A stretch of 46,303 nucleotides of DNA from Alphaproteobacteria bacterium (GTDB taxonomy: Bacteria > Pseudomonadota > Alphaproteobacteria > RF32 > CAG-239), in contig JAGASU010000039.1 of the NCBI GenBank assembly GCA_017621635.1, positions 1-46,303 on the forward strand. The letters run 5' to 3'. Each line of letters begins with the position of its first letter. Position 1 is the stretch's first letter. The notes under the pieces are model-generated. The model saw only the letters and a program-made list of their open reading frames with translations, did no database searches and was not told where the DNA came from. Of the stretch, positions 1 to 7,957 are shown piece by piece. The position numbers were made by a program, and so were the translations under genes.

Positions 1-94
1 AAACTTTGTTGGTGTCGTTGAGCATTTTCTGTCCTTTCTGTTATGATGATTTTGGTATATAATCCTTTTTTTTAGAAAATGGAAGAGCAGATAT

Positions 95-121
95 AAAAAA
101 AGGCTCTATTTGCATAGAGCC
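95..121 (-). terminator. Rho-independent terminator of the napHG-tatAC-flavodoxin operon
   Basis: Hairpin GGCTCTA / TAGAGCC (102-108 / 115-121) with a 6-nt loop. On the minus strand it is followed by a U7 tract (plus-strand A-run 95-101). It lies directly 3' of the flavodoxin stop. Confidence 0.6.
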
Positions 122-139
122 TTAAGGTTTATAAGGAGT

Positions 140-712
140 TTATTTGTTAAAACCAAGGTCTTCTAACCAACCGCTGATTCCAAGCGTGCGGCTGCTGTAT
201 CCGACCCAGCTGTTTTCTGCGACATCGCAGCCGGTGCATTGTGCGGTTAAGTCTTTAACCGTGTTTTGTACACCGCCGCCACCGTGTGTGATAAACGGAA
301 TAACTTTTTTGCCTTTTAAGTCATAGGAGCTTAAAAATGTGCTGACGGCCGGTGCAATTGTTCCCCACCAGTTTGGTGAACCGATAAAGATAACATCATA
401 TTGAGCAATATCGGCAACTTTGTCTTTTAGCTCGGGGCGATAACCATCATTAATTTCCTTTTTGGCCTGTTCTGTTGTGGCACGATATTCTTCAGGATAC
501 GCCTTTACTGTTTCAATACGAAACAGAGTGCCGTTTGTTTTTTCAGCAATCGCTTCGGCAACTTCTTTGGTGTTACCGGACCAAGAATAATAAGCAACAA
601 GAACTTTAGCGTTTTCGGGTATTGTCATTTCCTTTTTTTCTTCTGCATAAGCAGGGTTAATGAAAGCGGTCAGGGCTGCCAGTATGGCAGTAAAACTCAA
701 AAATTTTTTCAT
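140..712 (-). CDS. Flavodoxin (Flavodoxin_4-like) with N-terminal Sec-type signal peptide
   Basis: ORF 140..811 trimmed to the ATG at 712, which has a GGAGA Shine-Dalgarno just upstream. The N-terminus MKKFLSFTAILAALTAFINPAYA/EE is a signal peptide. The mature part (VLVAYYSWSGNTKEVAEAIAEK ... VIFIGSPNWWG) fits the flavodoxin FMN-binding pattern. Confidence 0.8.
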   Translation of the reverse strand: MKKFLSFTAILAALTAFINPAYAEEKKEMTIPENAKVLVAYYSWSGNTKEVAEAIAEKTNGTLFRIETVKAYPEEYRATTEQAKKEINDGYRPELKDKVADIAQYDVIFIGSPNWWGTIAPAVSTFLSSYDLKGKKVIPFITHGGGGVQNTVKDLTAQCTGCDVAENSWVGYSSRTLGISGWLEDLGFNK

Positions 713-773
713 ATAATTTCTCCTATATCTGTTTAAGACGTTATTTAAGATAATTTTTAGAGGTACCTCTAAG

Positions 774-1502
774 TCAAGCTTTTTTTGAGGCGGGGGATAA
801 TTTTTTTGCAAAATATAATCCTAACTCGAATAATATATATGTTGGGCCGGTTAACATCAATTGACTGACGATATCCGGCGGGGTGAGTATGGCTGAAATT
901 ATTAAAATCAGGGTAAAAATGTAAGGGCGTTTGCTTTTGACGGCGTTGTAAGTGATGATGTTTGCTTTTATGAGAGCGTAGGTGATGAGGGGAAATTGAA
1001 ACATTATTCCAAAGATGACGGATAATTGCAAAGAAAGGCTTATTATGTTTGATATGCCGAACAAGGCGTTGATTTCAGCAGTGGCGTAGCTCGCGCCGAA
1101 TCGAATAATCAGCGGGAGGATAAAAAACAAGCAGAAGACGACGCCTATGATGAAGAGTGTGCTTGAGGAGATAACAACAGATTTGATAAAGCGGCGTTCG
1201 TGGTCATAAAGAGCCGGCAGGATAAAGTTCCAGAGTTGTTTGGCTATATAGGGGAAGCAGATAAGGAAGTCAAGAATTAGCGCTGTTTTTAATTGCAATA
1301 TAAAAATTTCCATCGGAGAAAAGAAATTTAAGGTTACGGAGAGGCCTTTGGTGAGATATTTTATCAGGAAGTCTAAAAGTATCGGAGCCAGAAAAAGCGC
1401 TAATGGCAAGATTATACCGATTGCGATGAAACAACGAATGAGCGTGTGGCGCAATTCTTCAAGATGAGAGATCAAATCGGTATTGTTTTGTGTGTCAGGC
1501 AT
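774..1502 (-). CDS. tatC: Twin-arginine translocase subunit TatC
   Basis: 242 aa, polytopic. The N-terminus LISHLEELRHTLIRC is typical of TatC, and six hydrophobic segments are present. The start overlaps the tatA stop by 1 nt (TAATG). Confidence 0.9.
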   Translation of the reverse strand: MPDTQNNTDLISHLEELRHTLIRCFIAIGIILPLALFLAPILLDFLIKYLTKGLSVTLNFFSPMEIFILQLKTALILDFLICFPYIAKQLWNFILPALYDHERRFIKSVVISSSTLFIIGVVFCLFFILPLIIRFGASYATAEINALFGISNIISLSLQLSVIFGIMFQFPLITYALIKANIITYNAVKSKRPYIFTLILIISAILTPPDIVSQLMLTGPTYILFELGLYFAKKLSPASKKA

Positions 1503-1711
1503 TATTTTTCTTGTTTGTTGTCTTCTTGAGCGGCAGCTTTTTCGATAGTTTCTTTTAGCTCGGTTGCTTCATTTTGCAGAGCTTGTTTGGCTTTTTTGTA
1601 TTCATAAGAGGCTTTGCCCAAAGCGCGGGCGAGTTCGGGAATGCGTTTGCCGCCGAAAAGCACTAAGACAACGATTAATATTAAAATGAGTTCGCTTATT
1701 CCTATTGACAT
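1502..1711 (-). CDS. tatA: Twin-arginine translocase subunit TatA/E
   Basis: ORF 1502..1873 trimmed to the ATG at 1711 (AAGGAGA SD). MSIGISELILILIVVLVLFGGKRIPELARALGKA is the canonical TatA TM helix, FGG hinge and amphipathic helix. Confidence 0.85.
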   Translation of the reverse strand: MSIGISELILILIVVLVLFGGKRIPELARALGKASYEYKKAKQALQNEATELKETIEKAAAQEDNKQEK

Positions 1712-1722
1712 ATTTGTTCTCC

Positions 1723-3021
1723 TTATTTGGGGGCGGTTTGTTGTGATTTCAGAGGGGTTACTTTTATGGCGGATACGGGGCAAACGGCTTGGCAGGCGCC
1801 GCAACCGATGCATATATCCGAGTTGATTTGCGGGAAATCGCCTTGTGGTTTTACAATTGCCGAACGCGGGCATTCACGAACGCATAAACCGCATTGAATA
1901 CAAATATCGGTATTGACTTGGGCAAGGCCGATTTGAGTTTTGCGCTTTTCTTCAAGCGATAGGCGGCGAATTGCTCCGGAAGGGCAGATTTGAGAGCATT
2001 TATTGCAGTTGTAAGAGCAATAATTTTTGCCGTAATCAAGATGAACTGCCGGAAAGGTGTTATCGGCTTTTTTGATGATTTTCATCGGACAGTTTTCAAC
2101 ACATAAGTTACAGTTCAGGCATTTGTTGGCAAAGCGTTCAGGGGAGCCGGCACCGGGAGGCAGTAAAACGGTTTTGACTTTATGGGCAATATCCGAGCTT
2201 AATTTTATACCGGCTTTATATGCGGCGGCAAGGGTTGCAACAGCAGCCGTACCGATTAAAAAGCGGCGGCGAGAGGCTGAAAACTCAGGTGTTCGCGGTT
2301 TGAGTGCGGTTGATTTTCTGCTGTATATTATTCCGTGATTGTGGCAAAGAGAAAGACATTTGAAACATTTTATGCAGGTTTCGTTATTTATTGTTTTGTT
2401 TTTAAAATCAATACAGCCCGACGGGCATTTTTGCGCGCATAAACCGCAGGCGACACAAGAATCGGCGTTTATTTTTATTTTATATACCGAATAGCGGGAA
2501 ATCAACCCCAAGAGTGTTCCTACGGGGCAGATATTGGTGCAGAAATACCGGCCTTTAAAAATGGTTAACAGGGCAATGAGTGTGATCAATACAATTCCGA
2601 AAGTTGTTTTGCTGAGGGCCGAGCCTGCAATTGTATAAGGGTCAATCAGACGTAAAATATAAACCGTGCCGCCCAAAAGCGTGCCGAAAGTTATGGCAGC
2701 GATAAAATATTTTCCGCTTCGACTTTTTTGCCAAGGTAATTTTTTGGGATGAAAAAGAAATAAGCAAAATTCTTGAAATAAGCCCAGCGGACAAAGGGTT
2801 GAACAATAAATGCGTCCGAAAAGAAGCGTTATTAGAAAAATCAGGCCAAGAAGTATACCGGCTGAGAGTGTAAAATCACTTATGGCGCGTTCAATAAGCG
2901 GAGCGATATTTATATCAAAAAGTCTGACAGGGTAAAAAAAGCCTAAAAATCCGGCAATGTATATTGCTGCAATCAAAAAGGCACAAAAGAGCCGTATTTT
3001 TTGAATTGTTTTGTTTTTCAT
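1723..3021 (-). CDS. Fused NapH/MauN-like membrane Fe-S protein and NapG/MauM-like polyferredoxin with internal twin-arginine motif
   Basis: The N-terminal half has about 4 TM helices, two C-x3-C-P motifs (YCSTLCPLG, FCTNICPVG) and two CxxCxxCxxxC clusters, which is the NapH pattern. It is followed by SASRRRFLIGTAAVATLAAA, LLPPGA and four further Cys clusters (CLNCNLCVENCP, CNKCSQICP, CIQCGLCVRECP, CIGCGACQAVCP), which is the NapG pattern. Confidence 0.8.
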   Translation of the reverse strand: MKNKTIQKIRLFCAFLIAAIYIAGFLGFFYPVRLFDINIAPLIERAISDFTLSAGILLGLIFLITLLFGRIYCSTLCPLGLFQEFCLFLFHPKKLPWQKSRSGKYFIAAITFGTLLGGTVYILRLIDPYTIAGSALSKTTFGIVLITLIALLTIFKGRYFCTNICPVGTLLGLISRYSVYKIKINADSCVACGLCAQKCPSGCIDFKNKTINNETCIKCFKCLSLCHNHGIIYSRKSTALKPRTPEFSASRRRFLIGTAAVATLAAAYKAGIKLSSDIAHKVKTVLLPPGAGSPERFANKCLNCNLCVENCPMKIIKKADNTFPAVHLDYGKNYCSYNCNKCSQICPSGAIRRLSLEEKRKTQIGLAQVNTDICIQCGLCVRECPRSAIVKPQGDFPQINSDICIGCGACQAVCPVSAIKVTPLKSQQTAPK

Positions 3022-3189
3022 CGGTTAATATCCCTGTTAAACCCTTTTTATTTTAGGCGTGTGAGATTTTTTATCAAGGTTTTTGGTGGGGTTGTGAACG
3101 ATTGTCTTAAGAGTTTGAGTTTGCTCTATATCTAAAATTATTGACTTTTATTGTTTGTGCGATATGCTTCTTTAAAAAGGAGACTGAAA

Positions 3190-3621
3190 ATGCGTTATAC
3201 AATCGGACAAGTTGCGAAAAAGCTCGGGCTTACGGCTCATACTTTGCGTTATTATGATAAAGAAGGGCTGTTGCCTTTTGTTAAGAAGGGGTCTTCAGGA
3301 GCGCGGGTTTTTGAAGATGATGATTTGGACTGGCTGTTGATTTTAGAGTGTTTAAAAGCAACGGGTATGCACTTAAAAGATATAAAGAAGTATATGGATT
3401 TGTGTTTGGTCGGAGATTCTACGCTTCAGGAACGCATGAATATGTTTGTGCGACAGAAAAAGAGAATCGAAGAACAAATGCAACAATTAAATAAGTATAT
3501 GGAAAAAATTGATTTTAAAATTGCTTACTATACTGAGGCCGTTAAAAATGGCAGTGCTGATATTTATAAAAAAAATAAATATTTAGCGCAAGAAAGAGAA
3601 CGTATTTTCGGGCATAAATAA
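3190..3621 (+). CDS. MerR-family transcriptional regulator
   Basis: ORF trimmed to the ATG at 3190 (AAAGGAGA SD). MRYTIGQVAKKLGLTAHTLRYYDKEGLL is the MerR-type HTH, followed by a coiled-coil dimerisation helix. The gene is divergent from the napHG-like operon. Confidence 0.85.
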   Translation: MRYTIGQVAKKLGLTAHTLRYYDKEGLLPFVKKGSSGARVFEDDDLDWLLILECLKATGMHLKDIKKYMDLCLVGDSTLQERMNMFVRQKKRIEEQMQQLNKYMEKIDFKIAYYTEAVKNGSADIYKKNKYLAQERERIFGHK

Positions 3622-3626
3622 CTTTT

Positions 3627-3926
3627 TTACAAGATACCTTTTATTGCTTTGAATATAGGAGTGGCCTGCGTAGAAATTGTTCCTGAATAGTTGGGGTGAG
3701 GTGAATCCGTCAGCAGGCTATAGAAATATGAAACACAGAACAGGCGAACGGCACAGGTTAGCCCCATTTTTTTATCTTTATTAGCACTTATCATCTCAAA
3801 TAGGTTGTTTCTTTTAATGTTTTCTCTTTTACAGATGGTGTCAACAGCTTCCCATTCGGCATTTGCTAAACGCATGCTTGTCTTTTTATTGGAGATGAAG
3901 ATTACTTTACTTGTCAGTTCTGCCAT
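3627..3926 (-). CDS. Small ribbon-helix-helix (RHH_4-like) protein, paralog 1
   Basis: Trimmed to the ATG at 3926 (AAGGA SD). KKTSMRLANAEWEAVDTICKRENIKRNNLFEMI ... GLTCAVRLFCVSYF resembles the RHH_4 pattern (strand, helix, helix, then a conserved 'LSSAIRVF'-type helix). It is paralogous to 4087..4380. Confidence 0.6.
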   Translation of the reverse strand: MAELTSKVIFISNKKTSMRLANAEWEAVDTICKRENIKRNNLFEMISANKDKKMGLTCAVRLFCVSYFYSLLTDSPHPNYSGTISTQATPIFKAIKGIL

Positions 3927-4086
3927 GATTTTTCCTTTGTTATATACTTTTGTATTACTTTTTATAGTATATATTATAAAATGCAATCTTTATTTTGCTG
4001 TTTTTATGATTTTTTTCTTTTTTTTATATATTTTTAAAAGAAAATAAGGAATTTTTTGTTGTTTTTGAGCAGAATGTTTTTGTTTG

Positions 4087-4380
4087 TTAGACTATTCCTT
4101 TTATGGCTTCAAAAATTGGATTTATGAAGTCGGTTGAGTCATTATCGGTTTTGGGTTTATTTGAAATTGAATTTTTGTAGTAAATGATTGAAAATAAACG
4201 GATAGATGAAGTTAATCCCAAGCGCTCGTCCCTGTTCATATCAATCAGTTCGAAAAGGGTTTTTCTTGAAATGTTTTCTCGCTTGCAAATAGTTTCGATG
4301 GCTTCCCATTCGGCCGGCGCCAGCCGCATACTGGTTTTGCGATTATAGATGGTTATTACCCGATTTGATAATGAAGTCAT
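4087..4380 (-). CDS. Small ribbon-helix-helix (RHH_4-like) protein, paralog 2
   Basis: AAGGAGA SD. RKTSMRLAPAEWEAIETICKRENISRKTLFELI ... GLTSSIRLFSIIYY. It shares the C-terminal motif NPIFEAIKGIV with paralog 1 (TPIFKAIKGIL). Confidence 0.65.
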   Translation of the reverse strand: MTSLSNRVITIYNRKTSMRLAPAEWEAIETICKRENISRKTLFELIDMNRDERLGLTSSIRLFSIIYYKNSISNKPKTDNDSTDFINPIFEAIKGIV

Positions 4381-4403
4381 GACTTTCTCCTTGTTTTTAT
4401 GTT

Positions 4404-4432
4404 ATTCTATGATAATAATTATTTTAATGCAA
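4404..4432 (-). promoter_or_regulatory. Sigma70-like promoter of RHH_4 paralog 2
   Basis: The minus strand reads TTGCAT, a 17-nt spacer, then TAGAAT. It sits about 25 nt upstream of the SD and ATG at 4380. Confidence 0.4.
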
Positions 4433-4597
4433 CTGTTATTTTATTTGTTTTATAGAAATTTTATATGGTTTTAAGTTCTTTTTGTTTTTATTTTTCTCTT
4501 TAGTTGGGGAAATTCGTTATATTTTTGCTAAAATTGATTTTCTTTGTGGAAAAATACTTTGATTTTATTTTAAAATGTTGTTATTGTTTTTTTTGTT

Positions 4598-5209
4598 ATG
4601 AAACAGGAAAGTTTGAAAATGGATACATTTGAAATTTATTGCAAAACCACACAATGTTTTGATGAGATAGAGAAATTATGTTTTATGAGAGGTTTTGCCT
4701 TGGCAAAAAAGAAGTCCGGTGATGAAAATCTTATGGCTAAAGCTGTTATGAAATGCAGAGAATTGAGAAAAAAGGTGCAAGCGTTACGGTGTGAGAGTTC
4801 GCTTAAACGGAAGCAGTGTAAACTATTTTTGGGCGAAACGGACGGGCAGATGGTTGATCAGATGCTGCAACAACTTGATTTCAGTTTAAAAAAAGAGCGT
4901 GAAGATAAAGAATATTTTAATACCTTGTTTAAGGAAGCTTATCGTCCGGGTGTAAGATATCCTTATGAAAATGATTATCCGGAAGATGAACCCAGAGCCA
5001 AGTTTTTATTATGGGAGTCAGGGGTTAATCCGTATCGTGATTTGCAAAATATTAAGAAAAATAAAATTTCTGAGGTTTCTTTAGATTTATTTGAAATATG
5101 TGATTTGTTTTGCGATTTCAGGAGAATTTTAAGAGAGGACAATACTAACGAAGGTATGTCTGAAAAAATAAAAACAGTGTTTGCTGCTTATCGTATTTCA
5201 TTAGATTAA
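4598..5209 (+). CDS. Hypothetical protein (helical, Cys/Lys-rich, no recognisable domain)
   Basis: Long ORF in otherwise non-coding AT-rich context. An alternative start at the ATG at 4619 has a better SD (AGGAAAG). The 3' end overlaps the convergent ELM1 gene by 9 nt. Confidence 0.5.
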   Translation: MKQESLKMDTFEIYCKTTQCFDEIEKLCFMRGFALAKKKSGDENLMAKAVMKCRELRKKVQALRCESSLKRKQCKLFLGETDGQMVDQMLQQLDFSLKKEREDKEYFNTLFKEAYRPGVRYPYENDYPEDEPRAKFLLWESGVNPYRDLQNIKKNKISEVSLDLFEICDLFCDFRRILREDNTNEGMSEKIKTVFAAYRISLD

Positions 5210-6172
5210 GTTTTTTATGTCGTCTGCTATTTGTTTGGCAATATTAAGCGGTTTTGCGGAGATATTTTCAGGCGGGGTTTCAGAGAGTTCTTCGGCGTAT
5301 TTTTGCTTGTAGAGTGTTTGGACGAAACGTAAGTGTTTTTTTGTGAGCCAGTCTGTTCCGGTAAATATTTGTAAAGGTTTGTTTGCGGCGGTTGCTTCAC
5401 AGCACATAGAAACAGAGTCTCCGGTGACAATAATATTATCAGCGCAAGCCAGAAAACCGAGATAGGGGTTATCGCCTTCATCTCCCCATAAATAAGTATA
5501 GGCGGGAATAGTATTAAGGCGGGATATGATTTTGTCTTCGGCTGCTTTTCCCGTGCGCCGAGAAGTCGTGATTAGCAGAGAGCCGCCTTGGGTTTGTTTT
5601 AGGGCAAGGACTTTATCGGCTAAAAGTTCGGCATTTTTTAATGAAAACGGGTGTTTTTTTATTGCTCCGCCGATGATAAGGGCTGTTAACGGGCGGGGGA
5701 GATGAGCAAATTTGTCTTGCCAGTTTTGTTTGGCAGCGGATAGTTTTTCCGGTGTGACGAAGTGCGGCGAGCCGGTTGTATATTTGATATTCGGGGCTGA
5801 AAATTTGTTACGGTCGTGTTCGGGAACATAAACAGCGGAAAATTCTTTTATGCCGCTTTTGCCGATATGTAGGAGCTGAATTAATTTTGTGGCGGGATTT
5901 TGCTTTTTTATAAAACGGGCAACGGGTGCCGTGCGACGCGAGGAGGATAAAACAAAATCAGGAAAAGGCGCATGGAATAAGGTTTTCGAATCGTTTGTTA
6001 AACCGATGAGGGTGTTAGCGCGAATAAAGTTTGGCAAGGCGGCCAGCTTTGTGTATTTGATTTCTTTGGTTATAATTTCAAATAAGTTTTTATCAAGCTG
6101 ATTGGCTACTCCCAAAGCCTGACTACGGCTGCCGTTGCGATTATCTAACAATATCCAGATAGTTTTTTTCAT
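5201..6172 (-). CDS. ELM1 / DUF1022-family protein (putative glycosyltransferase-like)
   Basis: 323 aa. Motifs IWILLDNRNGSRSQALGVANQL, SSRRTAP and a second TTSRRTGK match the two-lobed ELM1-family pattern common in alphaproteobacteria. Confidence 0.7.
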   Translation of the reverse strand: MKKTIWILLDNRNGSRSQALGVANQLDKNLFEIITKEIKYTKLAALPNFIRANTLIGLTNDSKTLFHAPFPDFVLSSSRRTAPVARFIKKQNPATKLIQLLHIGKSGIKEFSAVYVPEHDRNKFSAPNIKYTTGSPHFVTPEKLSAAKQNWQDKFAHLPRPLTALIIGGAIKKHPFSLKNAELLADKVLALKQTQGGSLLITTSRRTGKAAEDKIISRLNTIPAYTYLWGDEGDNPYLGFLACADNIIVTGDSVSMCCEATAANKPLQIFTGTDWLTKKHLRFVQTLYKQKYAEELSETPPENISAKPLNIAKQIADDIKNLI

Positions 6173-6278
6173 AAATTCAGGTCTTTTGGTTAAATTAGTG
6201 TCTTTTTTTAGGCTTTTATTAAGTTATATATGATATTTGAGAATATATGCAAGTAGAATTTTGCTTAAAAGGGTTTTT

Positions 6279-6581
6279 ATGATGTTAAAATATTTTGTTT
6301 TTTTCTTGTGCTTTTGTAATGCTTCTTTGGCATTTGCACAAGCGGCGAACTTGACTGACGCCAAATATTTGGCGGTTTTGAAGGTTGTGACTGACCATAA
6401 AATGGAAGATGCGGAAATTAAACCGGATTTAGAAAAATTAAGAGAACATCAGCGCTTTAAGAAAGAACTTCAAAAAATGGTCGGAAAATTAAATAATTCC
6501 AGACCCAGCGAAGCTACTAACCGAAAGATTATGCGGATTTTGCAGAAGGCCGGAAAAGATGTATATAATGAGTTAAAGTAA
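6279..6581 (+). CDS. Small secreted protein, unknown function
   Basis: Trimmed to the ATG at 6279. MMLKYFVFFLCFCNASLAFAQAA is a signal peptide, followed by a charged helical mature part. Confidence 0.55.
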   Translation: MMLKYFVFFLCFCNASLAFAQAANLTDAKYLAVLKVVTDHKMEDAEIKPDLEKLREHQRFKKELQKMVGKLNNSRPSEATNRKIMRILQKAGKDVYNELK

Positions 6582-6589
6582 GGAGATTA

Positions 6590-6985
6590 ATGATGAAAAA
6601 GTTATTTGTATTGGCTGCTGTTTTGTTGTTTAGTGCTTGTTCGACTAAATATATTTTGATGGATGAAGATGATAATCCGGTCAGAGAAGGGCATTATACT
6701 TCCGAAGAAGAAGCCAGATCCGGAATGGAAAGCAATTTGAGCCAAGCGAATGAATATATTAATAGTGTCAGTGAAATTTCTTCTAACGATGTTTTTGTGG
6801 TAGGAGAGGGAGCTGATTTTGTAACGTACCAGTATAAAAATGTGCGTGTTGATGAAATTTCTCCGTTGGCTTCGATGTATTGTGCGGATATGACATACGG
6901 CAGTTCGCCTTATTTAAGAGAAGTCAGCTTGTATCATAACGGTTTTATGCGGGCAACGTTTGATTGTGTCAATCTTGCAATCTGA
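6590..6985 (+). CDS. Lipoprotein, unknown function
   Basis: MMKKLFVLAAVLLFSAC contains a lipobox (LFSAC). A GGAGA SD lies upstream. Confidence 0.6.
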   Translation: MMKKLFVLAAVLLFSACSTKYILMDEDDNPVREGHYTSEEEARSGMESNLSQANEYINSVSEISSNDVFVVGEGADFVTYQYKNVRVDEISPLASMYCADMTYGSSPYLREVSLYHNGFMRATFDCVNLAI

Positions 6986-6988
6986 GAG

Positions 6989-7029
6989 TTTATTCCCTAT
7001 ATTAATTTAGAAAGGCATGAGGGAATAAA
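6989..7029 (+). promoter_or_regulatory. SD-sequestering hairpin in the cbpA-like leader (candidate RNA thermometer)
   Basis: A perfect 10-bp stem pairs TTTATTCCCT (6989-6998) with AGGGAATAAA (7020-7029) around a 21-nt loop. The right arm contains the only good SD (GAGGGA, 7019-7024) for the ATG at 7031. Confidence 0.4.
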
Positions 7030-7030
7030 A

Positions 7031-7957
7031 ATGACTAAAGATTTATATGATGTTTTAGGTGTCAGCAAGTCGGCAACGGCGACAGAGATAAAGTCTCAAT
7101 ATCGAAAGTTGGCGAGAAAATACCATCCGGATTTAAATAAAGATAATAAAGAAGCGGCGGAACGTTTTAAAGAAGTTTCGGCGGCTTATGATATTTTAGG
7201 CGATAAAGAAAAGCGACAAAAATATGATAATAAAGAAATAGATGCCGAGGGCAAGCCGACCGGCTTTGGAGCGGGTGGCTTTAATGCCGGCGGTGGTTTC
7301 GGCGGGTTTGGAAACGGAGGCTATCAAAGCTATTCTACGCAAGGTTTTGATGGAGCCGGATTTGATTTTTCTTCATTGTTCGGGGAGGATATTTTCAGCC
7401 GTTTCAGCAATAACGGCGGAAGCGGTTTTTCTCAGGCACGCAGGCAGAAAGGGCAAGATGCGGCTTATTCTCTGGATGTTGATTTTTTGGATGCGGCATT
7501 AGGTGTTGAAAAAAGCCTTATGATGAATGGCAAACAATTAAATGTTAAAATTCCGGCAGGAACGACGTCCGGTCAAGTTTTGCGTTTAAAAGGGCAAGGT
7601 TTTGCCGGAACGAACGGCGGTGAAAATGGTGATGCCCTTATTACGATAAATGTTCGTCCTCATGCTTATTTTAAGACGGAGGGGAAAAATGTTGTGATTG
7701 ATTTGCCGATTTCGATGAAAGAGGCCGTACTCGGTGCAAAAGTGATTGTACCGACGATTAGCGGAAAAGTTAATTTAAAAATTCCGGCTTATTCATCAAG
7801 CGGGGAGAAGCTTCGGCTTAAAGGTAAGGGAATTAAAACAAAAGAGGGGGCCGGAGACGAAATTGTTAATTTGGTTATTATGGCACCGCAAAAGAAAAAT
7901 GAAGAACTGGAAAATGTTTTAAAAAATTCAGTTGAGGAACAAATGAGGTCTTTTTAA
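7031..7957 (+). CDS. cbpA: J-domain co-chaperone, CbpA/DnaJ type without zinc finger
   Basis: J domain DLYDVLGV...YRKLARKYHPDLNKD (HPD motif), a G/F-rich linker and two DnaJ C-terminal beta domains. No CxxCxGxG repeats are present. Confidence 0.85.
   Translation: MTKDLYDVLGVSKSATATEIKSQYRKLARKYHPDLNKDNKEAAERFKEVSAAYDILGDKEKRQKYDNKEIDAEGKPTGFGAGGFNAGGGFGGFGNGGYQSYSTQGFDGAGFDFSSLFGEDIFSRFSNNGGSGFSQARRQKGQDAAYSLDVDFLDAALGVEKSLMMNGKQLNVKIPAGTTSGQVLRLKGQGFAGTNGGENGDALITINVRPHAYFKTEGKNVVIDLPISMKEAVLGAKVIVPTISGKVNLKIPAYSSSGEKLRLKGKGIKTKEGAGDEIVNLVIMAPQKKNEELENVLKNSVEEQMRSF

Noticed and set aside
1712-1873. N-terminal extensions offered by the ORF track (TatA to 1873, flavodoxin to 811, PntB to 33222, TypA from 35661, AstE-like from 25647, and others)
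   Set aside because: The extensions overlap upstream genes or lack an SD. Internal ATG codons with good SD spacing give N-termini matching the family consensus (TatA TM helix, signal peptide, G-domain start).
3987-4597. AT-rich, T-run-rich spacers around the RHH_4 genes as a possible CRISPR array or other repeat array
   Set aside because: There are no regularly spaced direct repeats. Only short promoter-like similarity (TTGCAT elements) occurs between the two upstream regions.
7242-7502. 86-aa ORF in another frame within the J-protein gene
   Set aside because: It overlaps the G/F-rich linker of the DnaJ-like protein. GGN-rich DNA readily yields open alternative frames, and it has no start context.
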